A DNA stretch of 64,000 bases from an uncultured Chloroflexia bacterium (GTDB lineage Bacteria; Chloroflexota; Chloroflexia; Thermomicrobiales; UBA6265), in assembly GCA_963724295.1 (NCBI GenBank), contig CAVRUC010000005.1, forward strand, positions 160,001 to 224,000. Reading direction: 5' to 3'. Below, piece after piece: positions 10,430 through 20,756 of this stretch (its first letter is position 1; the number at the start of each line of letters is the position of its first letter). The translations under genes and the position numbers were made by a program. Under the pieces are notes generated by a model that worked only from the letters and a program-made list of their open reading frames with translations, did not search any database and had not been told where the DNA came from.

Positions 10430-11325
10430 CCCGCTTGACCTCGACCGAGGGCGCCCGCCTTGTTTGCCAGGAGCAGGAACACCGAGATGATGGCCAGGAC
10501 GGGCAGAATCAACGCGGCCCCCAGGGGCCAGTTGTTCGCCATGCCAAACTGGTCGGCGATGATCCCCCCAATCAGCTCGGTCCCCGCGCTGCCGCCAATC
10601 AGGCTCGGCGTGATGTAGTCGCCCATCGTCAGGCTGAACACACTCAGGCTGCCGGCGAGCAGACCGGGCAGCGAGAGCGGGAGGACCACGCGGCGAAACG
10701 TTTGCCACCAGTTTGCGCCCAGGTCGGACGCCGCCTCCAGTAATGAGTTCGGCATGCGGTCGAGGATGGTGTACAGCGGCAGGATCATGAACGGAAGCCA
10801 GACCTGGCAAAACGTGATGTACATCCCGGTCTTCGAGTACAGGAAGGCCGAGACCGGTTCGTTGACAACCCCCGTCGTCAACAGAAACGAGTTCAAAATG
10901 CCGTTAGTGCCGAGAATCGTCTTCCAGGCGAAGGCACGAACCAGATACGAGCTCCAGAGGGGAAAGACCACGAGGATGAGGAGGAGCTCGCGGTGTCTCG
11001 TCGCCCGTTTTGCGATGTAGAAGGCGATCGGGAACGCCAGGATCACGTCGGTCAGCGTCACCGCCGCCGCAATCAGGAAGGTTCGTAGCAAGACGGTCGG
11101 ATAGAGTGGATTCCCGGCGACCGTGCGCAGGTTGTCGAGCGTCAGGGTTCTGTCGATCGTCAGATAGTCGACAGACCAGAACGCGTGGAGCAGGAGCAGC
11201 CCAAGCGGGACCAGGTAAAAAACGCTGATCCAGGCCACCGGCGCGGTTAGCAGGGCGAACGGCCCCGGTTTTATCCTGGCCGCACTCCTGGTCTCCATAG
11301 TTGGGGCGGCCGTCGCGGTCGCCAT
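10426..11325 (-). CDS. ABC transporter permease (PotB-like)
   Basis: PLWSSYLVRAFAW, LPFMILPLY, LLEAASDLGA. Confidence 0.9.
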   Translation of the reverse strand: MATATAAPTMETRSAARIKPGPFALLTAPVAWISVFYLVPLGLLLLHAFWSVDYLTIDRTLTLDNLRTVAGNPLYPTVLLRTFLIAAAVTLTDVILAFPIAFYIAKRATRHRELLLILVVFPLWSSYLVRAFAWKTILGTNGILNSFLLTTGVVNEPVSAFLYSKTGMYITFCQVWLPFMILPLYTILDRMPNSLLEAASDLGANWWQTFRRVVLPLSLPGLLAGSLSVFSLTMGDYITPSLIGGSAGTELIGGIIADQFGMANNWPLGAALILPVLAIISVFLLLANKAGALGRGQAG

Positions 11326-11448
11326 CGCATCAACCTGTCTGCTCCTGGGCGTCCCTGGCGCAATGGCACTCGAGGCCCGATGGTGACCTGCCGCCCGGGG
11401 AACGGCGAGTGCCGTTCCCCGGAGGCCGAACCTCACGCGGGCCGTGGC

Positions 11449-12606
11449 TCAGGAGGCGGTAGCCTCCTGCCAGATCTGCACCCACTTGTCATAGTTCGGA
11501 ACGAACTTCCACATGTGGATCTTGGCGTACTCGGCCGGGACGTCGACCATTCGCAGCTGCTCCCGCAGCTCCGTCGGCAGCGTTTCCACAACTTTGCTGT
11601 TGGTGATGCTGTAGTTCAGGTTCTCGATGACGCCCATCTGGCCCTCGGGTCCGATCATGTAGTCGGCCCAATTCAGCGCCAGCTCCGGGTTAGGAGCCTT
11701 ATTCGAGATGCACCACGAATCGGACCAACCGGTGACCCCCTCTTCGGGTGTCGCCTCGGCGACCGTGCCCTCGGAGTCCCGAATCTGCAGCGTGATCCAG
11801 GACCACCCGTCGGCGATCACGACCTCGCCATTGAGGAAGAGCTCCGCGATCTCCCCACCAAGGTCCCAGTATTTCCGGACCAGTGGTCGCTGGCGGACCA
11901 GGATGTCCTTGACCTGGGCGAGTTGCTCGTCGTCGAGCAGGAATGGATCCTCAGGCTTCGGATCGAGAAGAAGCGCGTATTGAGCGATCTGAAGCGGGTA
12001 GTTCCAGGTCGTGATCTTTCCCGAGTACTGCTCGTCGAGAAGCGCGTTCCATGAGGTTGGAGTTTCGGCCACCTCGTCCGGGTTGAAGAGTAGGATCGTC
12101 GGGCCCCAGGAGAAGTTGACCCCATAGAGCTTGTCGTCGAAGGTGATGTAGGGCGGACGCTGGAACTGTTCGTAGAGATCCGGGTAGTTGGTCAGCTTGC
12201 TCGCATCGATCTCCATCAGCAGTCCGGCATCGTAGAGCCTCTGCGGAAGATCGGATGAGGCGGAGACCATGTCAAAGGTGGCGCCGCCGCTCCCCTGCAT
12301 CGCCGCGAACATCTCATCGCCGGTACCGGCAAACGTCGCCTCGACGTTCACGTCGTTGGCTTCTTCCCAGGGGATCGTGAACGAATCCGATGTGTAGCCT
12401 TCCCAGACGATCATCGTCAGCTCGTTGGACTGAGCCAGTGCCGGGCTGCGGCCGATGGCCGGCCCGAGCGCGGTAGTCAGGCCCAGGGCGGCAAAGAGTT
12501 TGCTCAGGTCGCGGCGGCTGATCGCGCCCGACCGGAAGCCGGCCATGACCGTCGTCGGCTCCAGCTCCATCAGGCGCTCGATGCGGTCGTCACCCATCTG
12601 GTTCAT
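11449..12606 (-). CDS. Polyamine-type ABC substrate-binding protein (PotD/PotF-like) with Tat-like signal
   Basis: SRRDL twin-arginine followed by a hydrophobic helix and ALA site; WEGY, GVTGWSDSWCI; RBS GAGGAGG upstream. Confidence 0.87.
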   Translation of the reverse strand: MNQMGDDRIERLMELEPTTVMAGFRSGAISRRDLSKLFAALGLTTALGPAIGRSPALAQSNELTMIVWEGYTSDSFTIPWEEANDVNVEATFAGTGDEMFAAMQGSGGATFDMVSASSDLPQRLYDAGLLMEIDASKLTNYPDLYEQFQRPPYITFDDKLYGVNFSWGPTILLFNPDEVAETPTSWNALLDEQYSGKITTWNYPLQIAQYALLLDPKPEDPFLLDDEQLAQVKDILVRQRPLVRKYWDLGGEIAELFLNGEVVIADGWSWITLQIRDSEGTVAEATPEEGVTGWSDSWCISNKAPNPELALNWADYMIGPEGQMGVIENLNYSITNSKVVETLPTELREQLRMVDVPAEYAKIHMWKFVPNYDKWVQIWQEATAS

Positions 12607-12742
12607 CGCCTACCTCCTCAAACGCGCAGTTCGACACGCGACTCGACATCGAGTCGCGATCGAGTTCGATTCCACTCCGGCCCGGGGCGTCATCCCGTCC
12701 GGTATGGGGTCTCGCGCACGGTAACCGTTGCCATGGATCGCG

Positions 12743-13675
12743 TCAAGAAGTGGCAGAGGTGTCTATTCTGCTGTCTGCGGCACGCAAAATCGGCCGGGTC
12801 AGACAGGTTGGGCCACCGGCGCGATTGTGGGAGAGCTCATTTCCGACGTAGGTCAGCACGTCGCAACCTGCCGCGCGCAACCGGCCGCGTGTTATGGGGC
12901 TGCCGTCACAAACGAGCACCCGCATCGGCGCCAGGGCCAGCACGTTGCAGCCGTGCGTCTCGAACTCCTCGTCGGGGACTTCGATGAACGTCCACCTTCT
13001 CTGTTGCAGCTCCTGGACGAAGGGGACCGACATCAACGGCAGATAGACGACCGCGAGCCGGTCGGCGACCGGACTGATGAAGGACATCAGGTGCAGGCAC
13101 TCATCCGGACCTCGCCAGTGCGGCAGATCGACCGTCATCGTCTCGATGCCGTGCGGCGCGAGCAGCGCCGTCAGCTGCCGAATCCCCTCGCTGTTCGTGC
13201 GATAGCCCCGGCCGATGGCCAGCGTGCGCTCGTCGAGCCAGAGCGTGTCGCCGCCCTCGACGGTCCCCGGCGCCTCGATCCGTCCGATGACCGGGATCCC
13301 CAGCTCCGCGTACGTCCGCTCGGCGAGATCGACCTCGGCCAGTCTCAGCTCCTTGCCGGGCCGCAATAGCACGGCCCCCGCATCGGTCATCAGCGATGGG
13401 TCGTAGGCGAAGATCGCGTCGAGCAGTCCGGCGTCGTCAGGACCAGCCGTCACGACTTCCGCGCCGCTCTCGGCCAGGAGCGCACGGAACGCGTCATGCT
13501 CGATCTGGGTTCGGTCATGATCGACGGCCCGCGGATAGCCGAAGCGGCTGAATTCGTCGTCGGTCGCGGCAGGCGCCGGCTTGCGCACTAGCACCCGTCT
13601 TAGCGGGGCGACCATGCTCTGGCCGCCCCAGGCGCGGCCGGTCGCCACCGTCGATTCTTCCATGAGCGAAGTCAT
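12743..13675 (-). CDS. Amidinotransferase / dimethylarginine dimethylaminohydrolase (pentein) family protein
   Basis: LRRVLV, FAYDP, VEGGD, YRTN, HL, and C-terminal GGPTCLTRP with the catalytic Cys. Confidence 0.85.
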   Translation of the reverse strand: MTSLMEESTVATGRAWGGQSMVAPLRRVLVRKPAPAATDDEFSRFGYPRAVDHDRTQIEHDAFRALLAESGAEVVTAGPDDAGLLDAIFAYDPSLMTDAGAVLLRPGKELRLAEVDLAERTYAELGIPVIGRIEAPGTVEGGDTLWLDERTLAIGRGYRTNSEGIRQLTALLAPHGIETMTVDLPHWRGPDECLHLMSFISPVADRLAVVYLPLMSVPFVQELQQRRWTFIEVPDEEFETHGCNVLALAPMRVLVCDGSPITRGRLRAAGCDVLTYVGNELSHNRAGGPTCLTRPILRAADSRIDTSATS

Positions 13676-13823
13676 ACCTGTTGGCTCCCTTTGCCCGGAT
13701 CGCAATTGCTCGCTGGTCGTCCCGGCCGATGCTAGCACGCCCTGAACCCCGCCTCGCCAAGGCTATGCTTGACTGGCGACACGGGCAATGCGCCCGCGGC
13801 GCTCACTCGGAGGAGAGCTTTTC

Positions 13824-15102
13824 TTGTCGCGCATCGCCGTCTTCGATCCTTTCTCCGGCGCCAGCGGGGACATGATCCTCGGGGCCCTGGTCGATGCCGG
13901 GGTTCCCCTGACCGTGATCCGGGACGCCATCTCTCGGCTCGGTATCGACGGCGTCCGTATCGCCTCGCGGCCAGCCGCAAGTGGCGCTGTTCGCGGCACG
14001 CGGGTGGTCGTCGAGCCTAGCGGCGAGCAGCCATCGCGTGACTGGCGGACCATCCGTGTCCTGCTCGCAGAATCAACCCTGGTGCCGTCCGTGCGCGACG
14101 CGGCGCTCGCTGTCTTTTCCGCCCTGGCCGCCGCCGAGGCTGAGGCCCACGGCGTGCCGATCGAGGACGTGCACTTCCATGAGGTTGGCGCGGTCGATGC
14201 AATCGTCGATGTCGTCGGCGCCTGCGCTGGCCTCGACGCGCTCGGGGTCGACCAGATCGCCTCGAGCCCGGTCGCCGTCGGCTCTGGCTGGGTGCGCTCC
14301 GATCATGGTCTGCTCCCTGTTCCCGCCCCGGCGACCGCGATTCTCCTGGCAAAGCAGTCTGTGCCTATCCGGCCGGACCCACCTGATGAGTCCCCAGCCA
14401 GGCGAGCTGCTCACGCCGACCGGCGCCGCCATCCTCGGCGCGCTGGCGAGCTGGAACGTGCCGCCGTTCGTCCCCGCTCGCCTCGGCTATGGATTTGGGA
14501 CTCGCGAGCTTCCCTGGCCGAACGCGCTCCGGCTGTGGGTCGGTGAAACATCGGGCTCGAGCGCGGCGGGCGAAGAGCTCCTGCTGGAGACGAACATCGA
14601 CGACATGAACCCCCAGTTCTATGAACCCTTGACTGAGCGTCTCTTCGCCGCGGGGGCGCTCGACGTCTGGCTCACCCCGATTACCATGAAGAAGGGCCGG
14701 CCCGGCACGATCGTCTCGGCCATCGTCACCGCGGACCGCCGCGACGAGGTCGAACGCGCCTTCTTTGTCGAAAGCACGACCATCGGGGTGCGTGCGACCC
14801 CCGTCAGCCGCACTCGCGCTCCGCGGCGGTTCGAGACGGTTGCCACCCGCTGGGGCGATGTGCGGCTCAAGCTACGGGGCTGGGACGGGCGCGTCATCGG
14901 CGCCATGCCCGAATATGACGACTGCCTCCGGCTGAGCCGCGCCAGCGGCGCGCCGATCCGCGAGATCTGGGCCGAGGCTAACCGGCTCGGCGAGGTGTAC
15001 ACCGGTCAGCGGTGGGCTGCCCAGTTCCCTGGCGAGTCGAACCCGGCCGTACTGTCAGCGGAACCGGATCCAGGCAATGACGACCGGCAGCACCGCGAAT
15101 AG
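13824..15102 (+). CDS. larC: Nickel pincer cofactor biosynthesis protein LarC (frameshift near 14390)
   Basis: FDPFSGASGDMILGAL, VHFHEVGAVDAIVD, PVPAPAT, GELLTPTGAA, LETNIDDM, MKKGRPG, PEYDDC. TTG start after GGAGGAG. Confidence 0.9.
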
Positions 15103-15603
15103 CAGATCCGGCACCGGCCGCAGATAGAGCGCGCGCTGGACCTGGGGGCGAAGGTTCTCGATCTCGGCCAGACCGATCCCGAGGCGTTGCGCCAGGACCA
15201 CGCGACTGAGCAGGAGTCCGAAGATGACGATCACGATGGCGATGGCCTGCAGGTCGAGACCCTGCCGCTTGGTCAGCCATCGCACCATCGTCTCGACCGC
15301 GCCGAAGCCGAGCAAGAGCGCCCAGTAGAACTGCCAGTCGGGGAAGAAGCCCCAGGCGATCCCGACCGCGGTCGCCACCACAAACCCGGCGCCGGCCGCG
15401 GTGAGTGTTCGGGCGGGGTTCGCGGCCACGGACGACCGCGTTCCTGCACAATCGGGGCAGCGCATGCCGACCGGGGTGCGCACACCGCAACGAGGGCAGA
15501 TCGGCCGGCCACATCGGGAACAACGCAGACGAGTCTCGACGTCCGGGTGGTCCGCGCATCGGACCGGGCCGGTACTCGGATAGACCTCGGCGACGTCAGT
15601 CAT
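15055..15603 (-). CDS. B-box-type zinc finger membrane protein
   Basis: CADH...CSRCGRPICPRC...CPDC followed by about 4 hydrophobic segments. Confidence 0.75.
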   Translation of the reverse strand: MTDVAEVYPSTGPVRCADHPDVETRLRCSRCGRPICPRCGVRTPVGMRCPDCAGTRSSVAANPARTLTAAGAGFVVATAVGIAWGFFPDWQFYWALLLGFGAVETMVRWLTKRQGLDLQAIAIVIVIFGLLLSRVVLAQRLGIGLAEIENLRPQVQRALYLRPVPDLLFAVLPVVIAWIRFR

Positions 15604-15621
15604 GTCGCGGCGCCCGACAGG

Positions 15622-17733
15622 CTAGCTGAAGCCGCCACCGCCGCCCCCTCCACCGCCTCCACCGCCTCCGCCCCCGCCGCCAAAGCCGCCTCCGCCACCG
15701 CCGAAACCGCCGCCGAAGCCTGACCCACCGCTCCAGCCTCCGCGGCCGCCGCCGCTCCAGCTCCCACCAGAGAACGCCTGGCCAGCGGAGTTGAAGAGAT
15801 CGAAGAGTGAACCGGATGACGCTTGCAACGATCGGCCGGCGCTGTCACTGAAGTCCTGCAAATCAGGCATGTTCCACGACGGGCCACCGCCGCCAGACGG
15901 TACGCCGCTGCCCCCTGCTCCGCCCTGCCCACCGGTACCGGCGTACGGACCATAACCCCCACCGGGGATAATCACCGTCCCACCACCGTACGGCCCGAAC
16001 CACGGTCCCGGATACCCTCTCCTGCCGAACGGCCCGGGAGATGTCGTGACATCGTCGCCATACCAGGTCGGCGAAGCCGTCGGCACGCGCGAGAACTTGT
16101 CGACCCAGGAGCTCTCGAGACCAAACGCAATGGCGTACGGCAGGTAACGATCGAAAATGTCCTGCGCCTCGTCGAGCTTTTCATAGCGCTCGATGGAGGC
16201 CAGATAGTTCCGGAAGGCCCGCCACTTCGCCGCCGCCTCGGCGCCGGCGGGGGACTTACGCGGCATGAAGCGGGAGATCAGGACGACGATCAGGCCGATC
16301 ACGACCAGTGCCGCAATCGGGATGAAGATGGTGGGCGCGATATCGGCGAGCGACCCGATCGCTATGCAGCCGCCGATGATGGCCACGATCAGCGCGAACA
16401 TCCCGATCGACTTCCACCTGCCGCGAGTGCGCTCCGGCGACATGGTGAAGTAGCCGCGCTCCACCAGCTCGTCGTAGAGATGGCGCTGAATCTGTGGCTG
16501 CGCGGCGGCGAAGCGCCCTTTGACCTCAGAAAGCGCTACTTGCTCGCCCGATTTGACCTTGGAGCCAAACAACGCCTCCAGCAGCTCGCGCTCGAATAGC
16601 GGTACCTTGGGTTCGTCCTGGAGCGCCGTCAGCGTGAAGTCGCCGCCACGTCCGAAGATACCCGCCCCCTCGGTACGGTCGATACGCAGCACGCCCCGCT
16701 GCCCGAGATCGACCAGGGTGGCGACGATGTCACGCTGATCGACCTGTTCATCCATCAGAGCACCGATTACGCCAGGCGGGAGATTGTCCGGCGGATCCGG
16801 GATGAACTCGGCGACCGGTCCAACCTCGGGATCACGACCCCGTGTCCACCACGTGGCCAGCACAGCTACCGCGCCACCAATGGCGATCAACAGCCCCAGG
16901 CCCAGAAATAGGAGGTTGAGCCGGCCACCCATGGCCGCGCGCTCGGCCTGTTGCTGCTCCTGGCGATCACTGGCCGCCTGCCACGAGGGCTCGGCGGCCA
17001 GCACCAGCGGCTCGAACTGCAGACCGGCGTCGAGCGAGTCACCCCGGCCTAAATCACTTGCCGTCCAGGTCCACGTCTGCCCGTCCTCGGTGTGATCTTC
17101 CGGTCGCTCGCTGCCCGGTCCCTGGATGAACGTCCGCCCCGGATCGACCGGACGCGGCAGCACGAAGCGCAAGGTCGCGTCGTTGACCGGTGCGTTCTCG
17201 GTAAGCTCCTCGCCGACCCCTATCCAGGAGATCTGCTGGTACGGCGTCTCAACATCGTCATAGACGCGCAGTGCGCCGTATGCGTCGTAGTCGATCTGGA
17301 AGGTGCGCGACTGCGAGGTGGTGCGCGGAAAGCTCCACTCGACCCTGAGTGTCGGACCAACCTCGCGATAGCTGTAGGTATTCGGAACGTCGGCAGAGAA
17401 CTCACCCGGGGAGACGTACTGGTACGGCTGGACCGAGTCCCCGGTCACTTCACCGGCACGGATGTTGTCGATCGCGTCGATCCGGGCCAATGGAATCTCG
17501 CGGTAGCCGCTACGGAACGGCCCGCCGATGAAATCAATTCGATCCCGCTCCGTGACGTGGAAGGAACTATCCTCGCGCAGCTCGACCGTGACATCGATCT
17601 CGTCCCAGACCACGGAGCGATCGGCTTGTGCGAGGGCAGCGGAAGGCAGGGCGGCGAATGACACGACCGCCAGCGCCAGCAGCGCCAGTAGCCAGGCCAC
17701 GCCGCTAGATCGGGAGCGTCCCCGGTTCATCAT
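15622..17733 (-). CDS. DUF2207 family membrane protein with Gly-rich C-terminus
   Basis: Signal peptide, three TM segments, YLPYAIAFG, terminal GGFGGGGGG repeats. Confidence 0.88.
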   Translation of the reverse strand: MMNRGRSRSSGVAWLLALLALAVVSFAALPSAALAQADRSVVWDEIDVTVELREDSSFHVTERDRIDFIGGPFRSGYREIPLARIDAIDNIRAGEVTGDSVQPYQYVSPGEFSADVPNTYSYREVGPTLRVEWSFPRTTSQSRTFQIDYDAYGALRVYDDVETPYQQISWIGVGEELTENAPVNDATLRFVLPRPVDPGRTFIQGPGSERPEDHTEDGQTWTWTASDLGRGDSLDAGLQFEPLVLAAEPSWQAASDRQEQQQAERAAMGGRLNLLFLGLGLLIAIGGAVAVLATWWTRGRDPEVGPVAEFIPDPPDNLPPGVIGALMDEQVDQRDIVATLVDLGQRGVLRIDRTEGAGIFGRGGDFTLTALQDEPKVPLFERELLEALFGSKVKSGEQVALSEVKGRFAAAQPQIQRHLYDELVERGYFTMSPERTRGRWKSIGMFALIVAIIGGCIAIGSLADIAPTIFIPIAALVVIGLIVVLISRFMPRKSPAGAEAAAKWRAFRNYLASIERYEKLDEAQDIFDRYLPYAIAFGLESSWVDKFSRVPTASPTWYGDDVTTSPGPFGRRGYPGPWFGPYGGGTVIIPGGGYGPYAGTGGQGGAGGSGVPSGGGGPSWNMPDLQDFSDSAGRSLQASSGSLFDLFNSAGQAFSGGSWSGGGRGGWSGGSGFGGGFGGGGGGFGGGGGGGGGGGGGGGGGFS

Positions 17734-17892
17734 TGGTCGCTTTCATCAGTTCGCGAGCGTCTGGATCATCAAGGCGAGGATACGGCACAAGCCGCCGCGA
17801 TCACCACTTCGCGTTCACGTTCGGGTCGGGTTTGCGGCAGATGTTACGCTTCTCGCATGCCTGCTTCCCCTCGACGCCGCAAGCCGCTCCCG

Positions 17893-18339
17893 ATGACCAC
17901 CGCCGGAGACTACTCCCCCCAAGAGGCCATCATGACGATGGCCGACCACGGCTATCGCGTGACCGGTCCCCGCCGCGCCATCATTGCCTCGGCGTTACGG
18001 CGGGAGCGGCCGTTTACGGCCGAGCAGATCGTCGCCGATGCGACAGGTGCCGCTGGCGAGAGCGGCCGCTCGACGGTCTATCGAACGCTGGAGATCCTGG
18101 CCTCGCTCGGCGTGCTCTCCCGAATTCTGGACGGATCGGGACGACCGGTTTACGTCGCCGGCGCGCCGGTCCACCGCCATCACCTCGTCTGCGCCGGGTG
18201 CGGCGCTGCCGTTCCGTTCAACGCCTGTCCGGTAGCCGATCTGGCTGACACACTGGCGCGGGAAAACGACTTCGAGGTCCACGGCCACCTTCTGGAAATT
18301 TTTGGCACCTGTGGTGACTGCCGCGCTGCCGCTCGCTGA
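17893..18339 (+). CDS. Fur-family transcriptional regulator (Zur-like)
   Basis: RVTGPR, STVYRTL, HRHHLVCAGCG, CGDC; sits next to a metal ABC transporter. Confidence 0.9.
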   Translation: MTTAGDYSPQEAIMTMADHGYRVTGPRRAIIASALRRERPFTAEQIVADATGAAGESGRSTVYRTLEILASLGVLSRILDGSGRPVYVAGAPVHRHHLVCAGCGAAVPFNACPVADLADTLARENDFEVHGHLLEIFGTCGDCRAAAR

Positions 18340-18370
18340 TTTGATTCATCCCGGCCGCCAGCATCCATTA

Positions 18371-18386
18371 TTGACACATCGTCTCA
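18371..18386 (+). promoter_or_regulatory. Putative Fur/Zur box overlapping a TTGACA -35 hexamer
   Basis: TGACACATCGTCTCA fits the 7-1-7 pattern TGAnA-N5-TnTCA and lies upstream of the metal ABC ATPase. Confidence 0.5.
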
Positions 18387-18501
18387 CATACAGTCTCATT
18401 TGCCGCATGCAGCTCGCTTGGCATGGACGATGAAAGACCGCGCGATGGCGCCTTCGCTTTGAGATGTGCTGCTGGACCTTCAATCGGTTCGCGACGTCTC
18501 G

Positions 18502-19308
18502 ATGACCGCGGCCGCGATCGCTACTCCATCGAGTCGGGCCATCGATCCAGGGCCGAGTGAATCGGCTGTGCCGCGCATGCAGACGGTGCGCCTGGGCGTT
18601 CACTTCGAGAATCGATCGGCCATCGAAGAGGTCAGTCTTGATTTTCATGCGAGTGAGTCGACCGCGTTGGTCGGCCCCAATGGCGCCGGCAAGAGCACGC
18701 TGCTGAGATGTCTGGACGGCATCCTGGCGCCAACCCATGGCGAGGTCTTCCTCGACGGCCAGCCCGTTCACCGTCCAAGCCCTCGCGTCGCCTACGTGCC
18801 GCAGCGCTCAGACGTCGACTGGAGATTCCCGATCAGTGTGCTCGATGTGGCCCTCATGGGTCGCGCGCTGCGTGCCAGCCGCTTGTTGCCCGTCTCACAT
18901 CGGGACCGGGAGGATGCGCTGGCCGCGCTCGCCGAGGTCCGCATGCGTCGCTTCGCCCCTGTCCAGATCGGAGCACTCTCCGGGGGGCAGCAGCAACGGG
19001 TCTTCATCGCCAGGGCACTCCTGCAAGCGGCCGACGTCTTCCTACTGGACGAGCCGTTTTCGGGAGTGGACGCGCCGACGCAGGGGTTGGTGCTCCAGGT
19101 CCTGGATGATCTCCGCTCGGCCGGCAAGACGATCGTCTTCGCGACGCACGACCTGGCCATGGCGGAGCGATCGGCCGACGTTTGCGTCATGCTGAACCGG
19201 CGGGTCATTGCTGCCGGCCCGCCGGCGGAAGTGCTCACGGTTCAGGGCTTGCAAGCAACCTTTGGCGGAACGGCCGAACTGGACATCGAACGCCGGCCGT
19301 CTCCGTGA
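18502..19308 (+). CDS. Zn/Mn ABC transporter ATP-binding protein (ZnuC-like)
   Basis: [33 protein letters not shown]. Confidence 0.9.
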   Translation: MTAAAIATPSSRAIDPGPSESAVPRMQTVRLGVHFENRSAIEEVSLDFHASESTALVGPNGAGKSTLLRCLDGILAPTHGEVFLDGQPVHRPSPRVAYVPQRSDVDWRFPISVLDVALMGRALRASRLLPVSHRDREDALAALAEVRMRRFAPVQIGALSGGQQQRVFIARALLQAADVFLLDEPFSGVDAPTQGLVLQVLDDLRSAGKTIVFATHDLAMAERSADVCVMLNRRVIAAGPPAEVLTVQGLQATFGGTAELDIERRPSP

Positions 19309-20231
19309 CCGCCCTCCTGTCCACATTGACGGAACCGTTCCAGCACACGTTCATGCAAAACGCGTTCGCCGCGATCCTCCTCGTCGGCTTGATCTGCGGC
19401 GCGGTGGGTGTCTTCGTCATTCTGCGCGGCCTGGCCTTCATGGGCGACGCCATGTCTCACGCGGTCTTCCCCGGGGTCGTCATCTCTTACGTCCTCGGCG
19501 GCAGCTATCTCATCGGCGCCATCATTTCGGCAACGATCGTTTCGCTCGCCATCGGGGCGGCAACACAGAGTGGGCTGCTTCGCAACGACACGGCCATCGG
19601 CGTCTTCTTCGTGGGGTCCTTTGCCCTCGGCGTGGCGATCATTTCCACTCAGCAGTCCTATGCGCGCGATGTGACGAATCTCTTGTTCGGGTCGATTCTC
19701 GGGGTCTCGCGCGAAGATCTCCTGCTTACGGCGATCGTCGGCTGTTGCGTGCTGCTCGCGCTCTGGCTCTCTCGTCGCGAAATCGTGGCCAGCTCGTTTG
19801 ACCGCACGTTTGCCCGATCACAAGGGCTCAATCTCTGGGGTTGGGACCAACTCTTCCTGCTGCTGCTTTCCCTGACGATCGTCATCTCGCTGCAGACCGT
19901 CGGCAACGTGCTCGTGCTGGCGATGCTGGTTACGCCAGCCGCCACCGCACGGCTGCTCACCGTTCGCCTCGGTCCCATGATCGCGCTCTCGGCGGTCCTC
20001 GGCGCCGCATCGGGAGTGGGCGGGCTGTATGTCTCGTACTTTCTCGGCATTTCCTCGGGAGCTAGCATCATCCTGGTGGCGACGGCGTTCTTCCTGGTGA
20101 TCTTCCTCTTCGCGCCTCAGACCGGCGTCATCACATCGCGCGTTGCGCGGCGGCTGCACTTCGAGCACCCGGAGCGCGACCAGTTCCTCGAGCCGGAGAT
20201 CGAGGAAGACGTTGCTGGCTCGAGAGCCTGA
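19305..20231 (+). CDS. Zn/Mn ABC transporter permease (ZnuB-like)
   Basis: GDAMSHAVFPG, LFGSILG, TPAATARLL. Confidence 0.9.
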   Translation: MTALLSTLTEPFQHTFMQNAFAAILLVGLICGAVGVFVILRGLAFMGDAMSHAVFPGVVISYVLGGSYLIGAIISATIVSLAIGAATQSGLLRNDTAIGVFFVGSFALGVAIISTQQSYARDVTNLLFGSILGVSREDLLLTAIVGCCVLLALWLSRREIVASSFDRTFARSQGLNLWGWDQLFLLLLSLTIVISLQTVGNVLVLAMLVTPAATARLLTVRLGPMIALSAVLGAASGVGGLYVSYFLGISSGASIILVATAFFLVIFLFAPQTGVITSRVARRLHFEHPERDQFLEPEIEEDVAGSRA

Positions 20232-20324
20232 CGGTCTCGATCCCGTCGGGCCCTCTGCTCTTCTATGATGTCGACTCGCGCGCGTTTCGGCGACAGCATG
20301 ATCAACCAGGAGGAAAGCCTGACC

Positions 20325-20756
20325 ATGAGCGAAGGGAGAGCGCCCGCTCGATTTTCCAGCCCGGACACGATGCCGCGGCCCTATGGCTACTCGCAGGTGG
20401 TCGAGATCACCGGCGGCCATCCGGTCTACATCTCGGGTCAGGTCCCGCTCAATACGAACAATCAGGTCGTGGGCGTTGGCGATTTCGCAGCCCAAACCAG
20501 GCAGGCGTTCGAAAACGTGCGGTTAGGTCTCGAGTCTGTCGGACTGACGTTTGCCCACGTCGTCAAGATTCAGATGTTTCTCACCGACATCGCCAACCTG
20601 CCGGCCATCCGAGACATTCGAGACGAATTCGTGAACACGGAGCAGCCACCCGCCAGCACGACCGTGCAGGTCGCCGCGCTCTTTCACCCTGATGTGCTGT
20701 TCGAGATCGATGCGATTGCCTATGCGCCGAGTGCGAGGGATCAGAGCGCCCAGTAG
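20325..20756 (+). CDS. RidA/YjgF family protein
   Basis: GYSQVV, YISGQVP, PAST, FEIDAIA. Confidence 0.9.
   Translation: MSEGRAPARFSSPDTMPRPYGYSQVVEITGGHPVYISGQVPLNTNNQVVGVGDFAAQTRQAFENVRLGLESVGLTFAHVVKIQMFLTDIANLPAIRDIRDEFVNTEQPPASTTVQVAALFHPDVLFEIDAIAYAPSARDQSAQ

Noticed and set aside
14380..14400. larC split as the known programmed larC1/larC2 frameshift
   Set aside because: The break lies before GELLTPTG, inside the N-terminal domain rather than at the C1/C2 boundary, and no slippery A-run is visible.
15620..15760. (CCG/CCA)n low-complexity run as a repeat array
   Set aside because: It is the poly-Gly coding tail of the DUF2207 protein.
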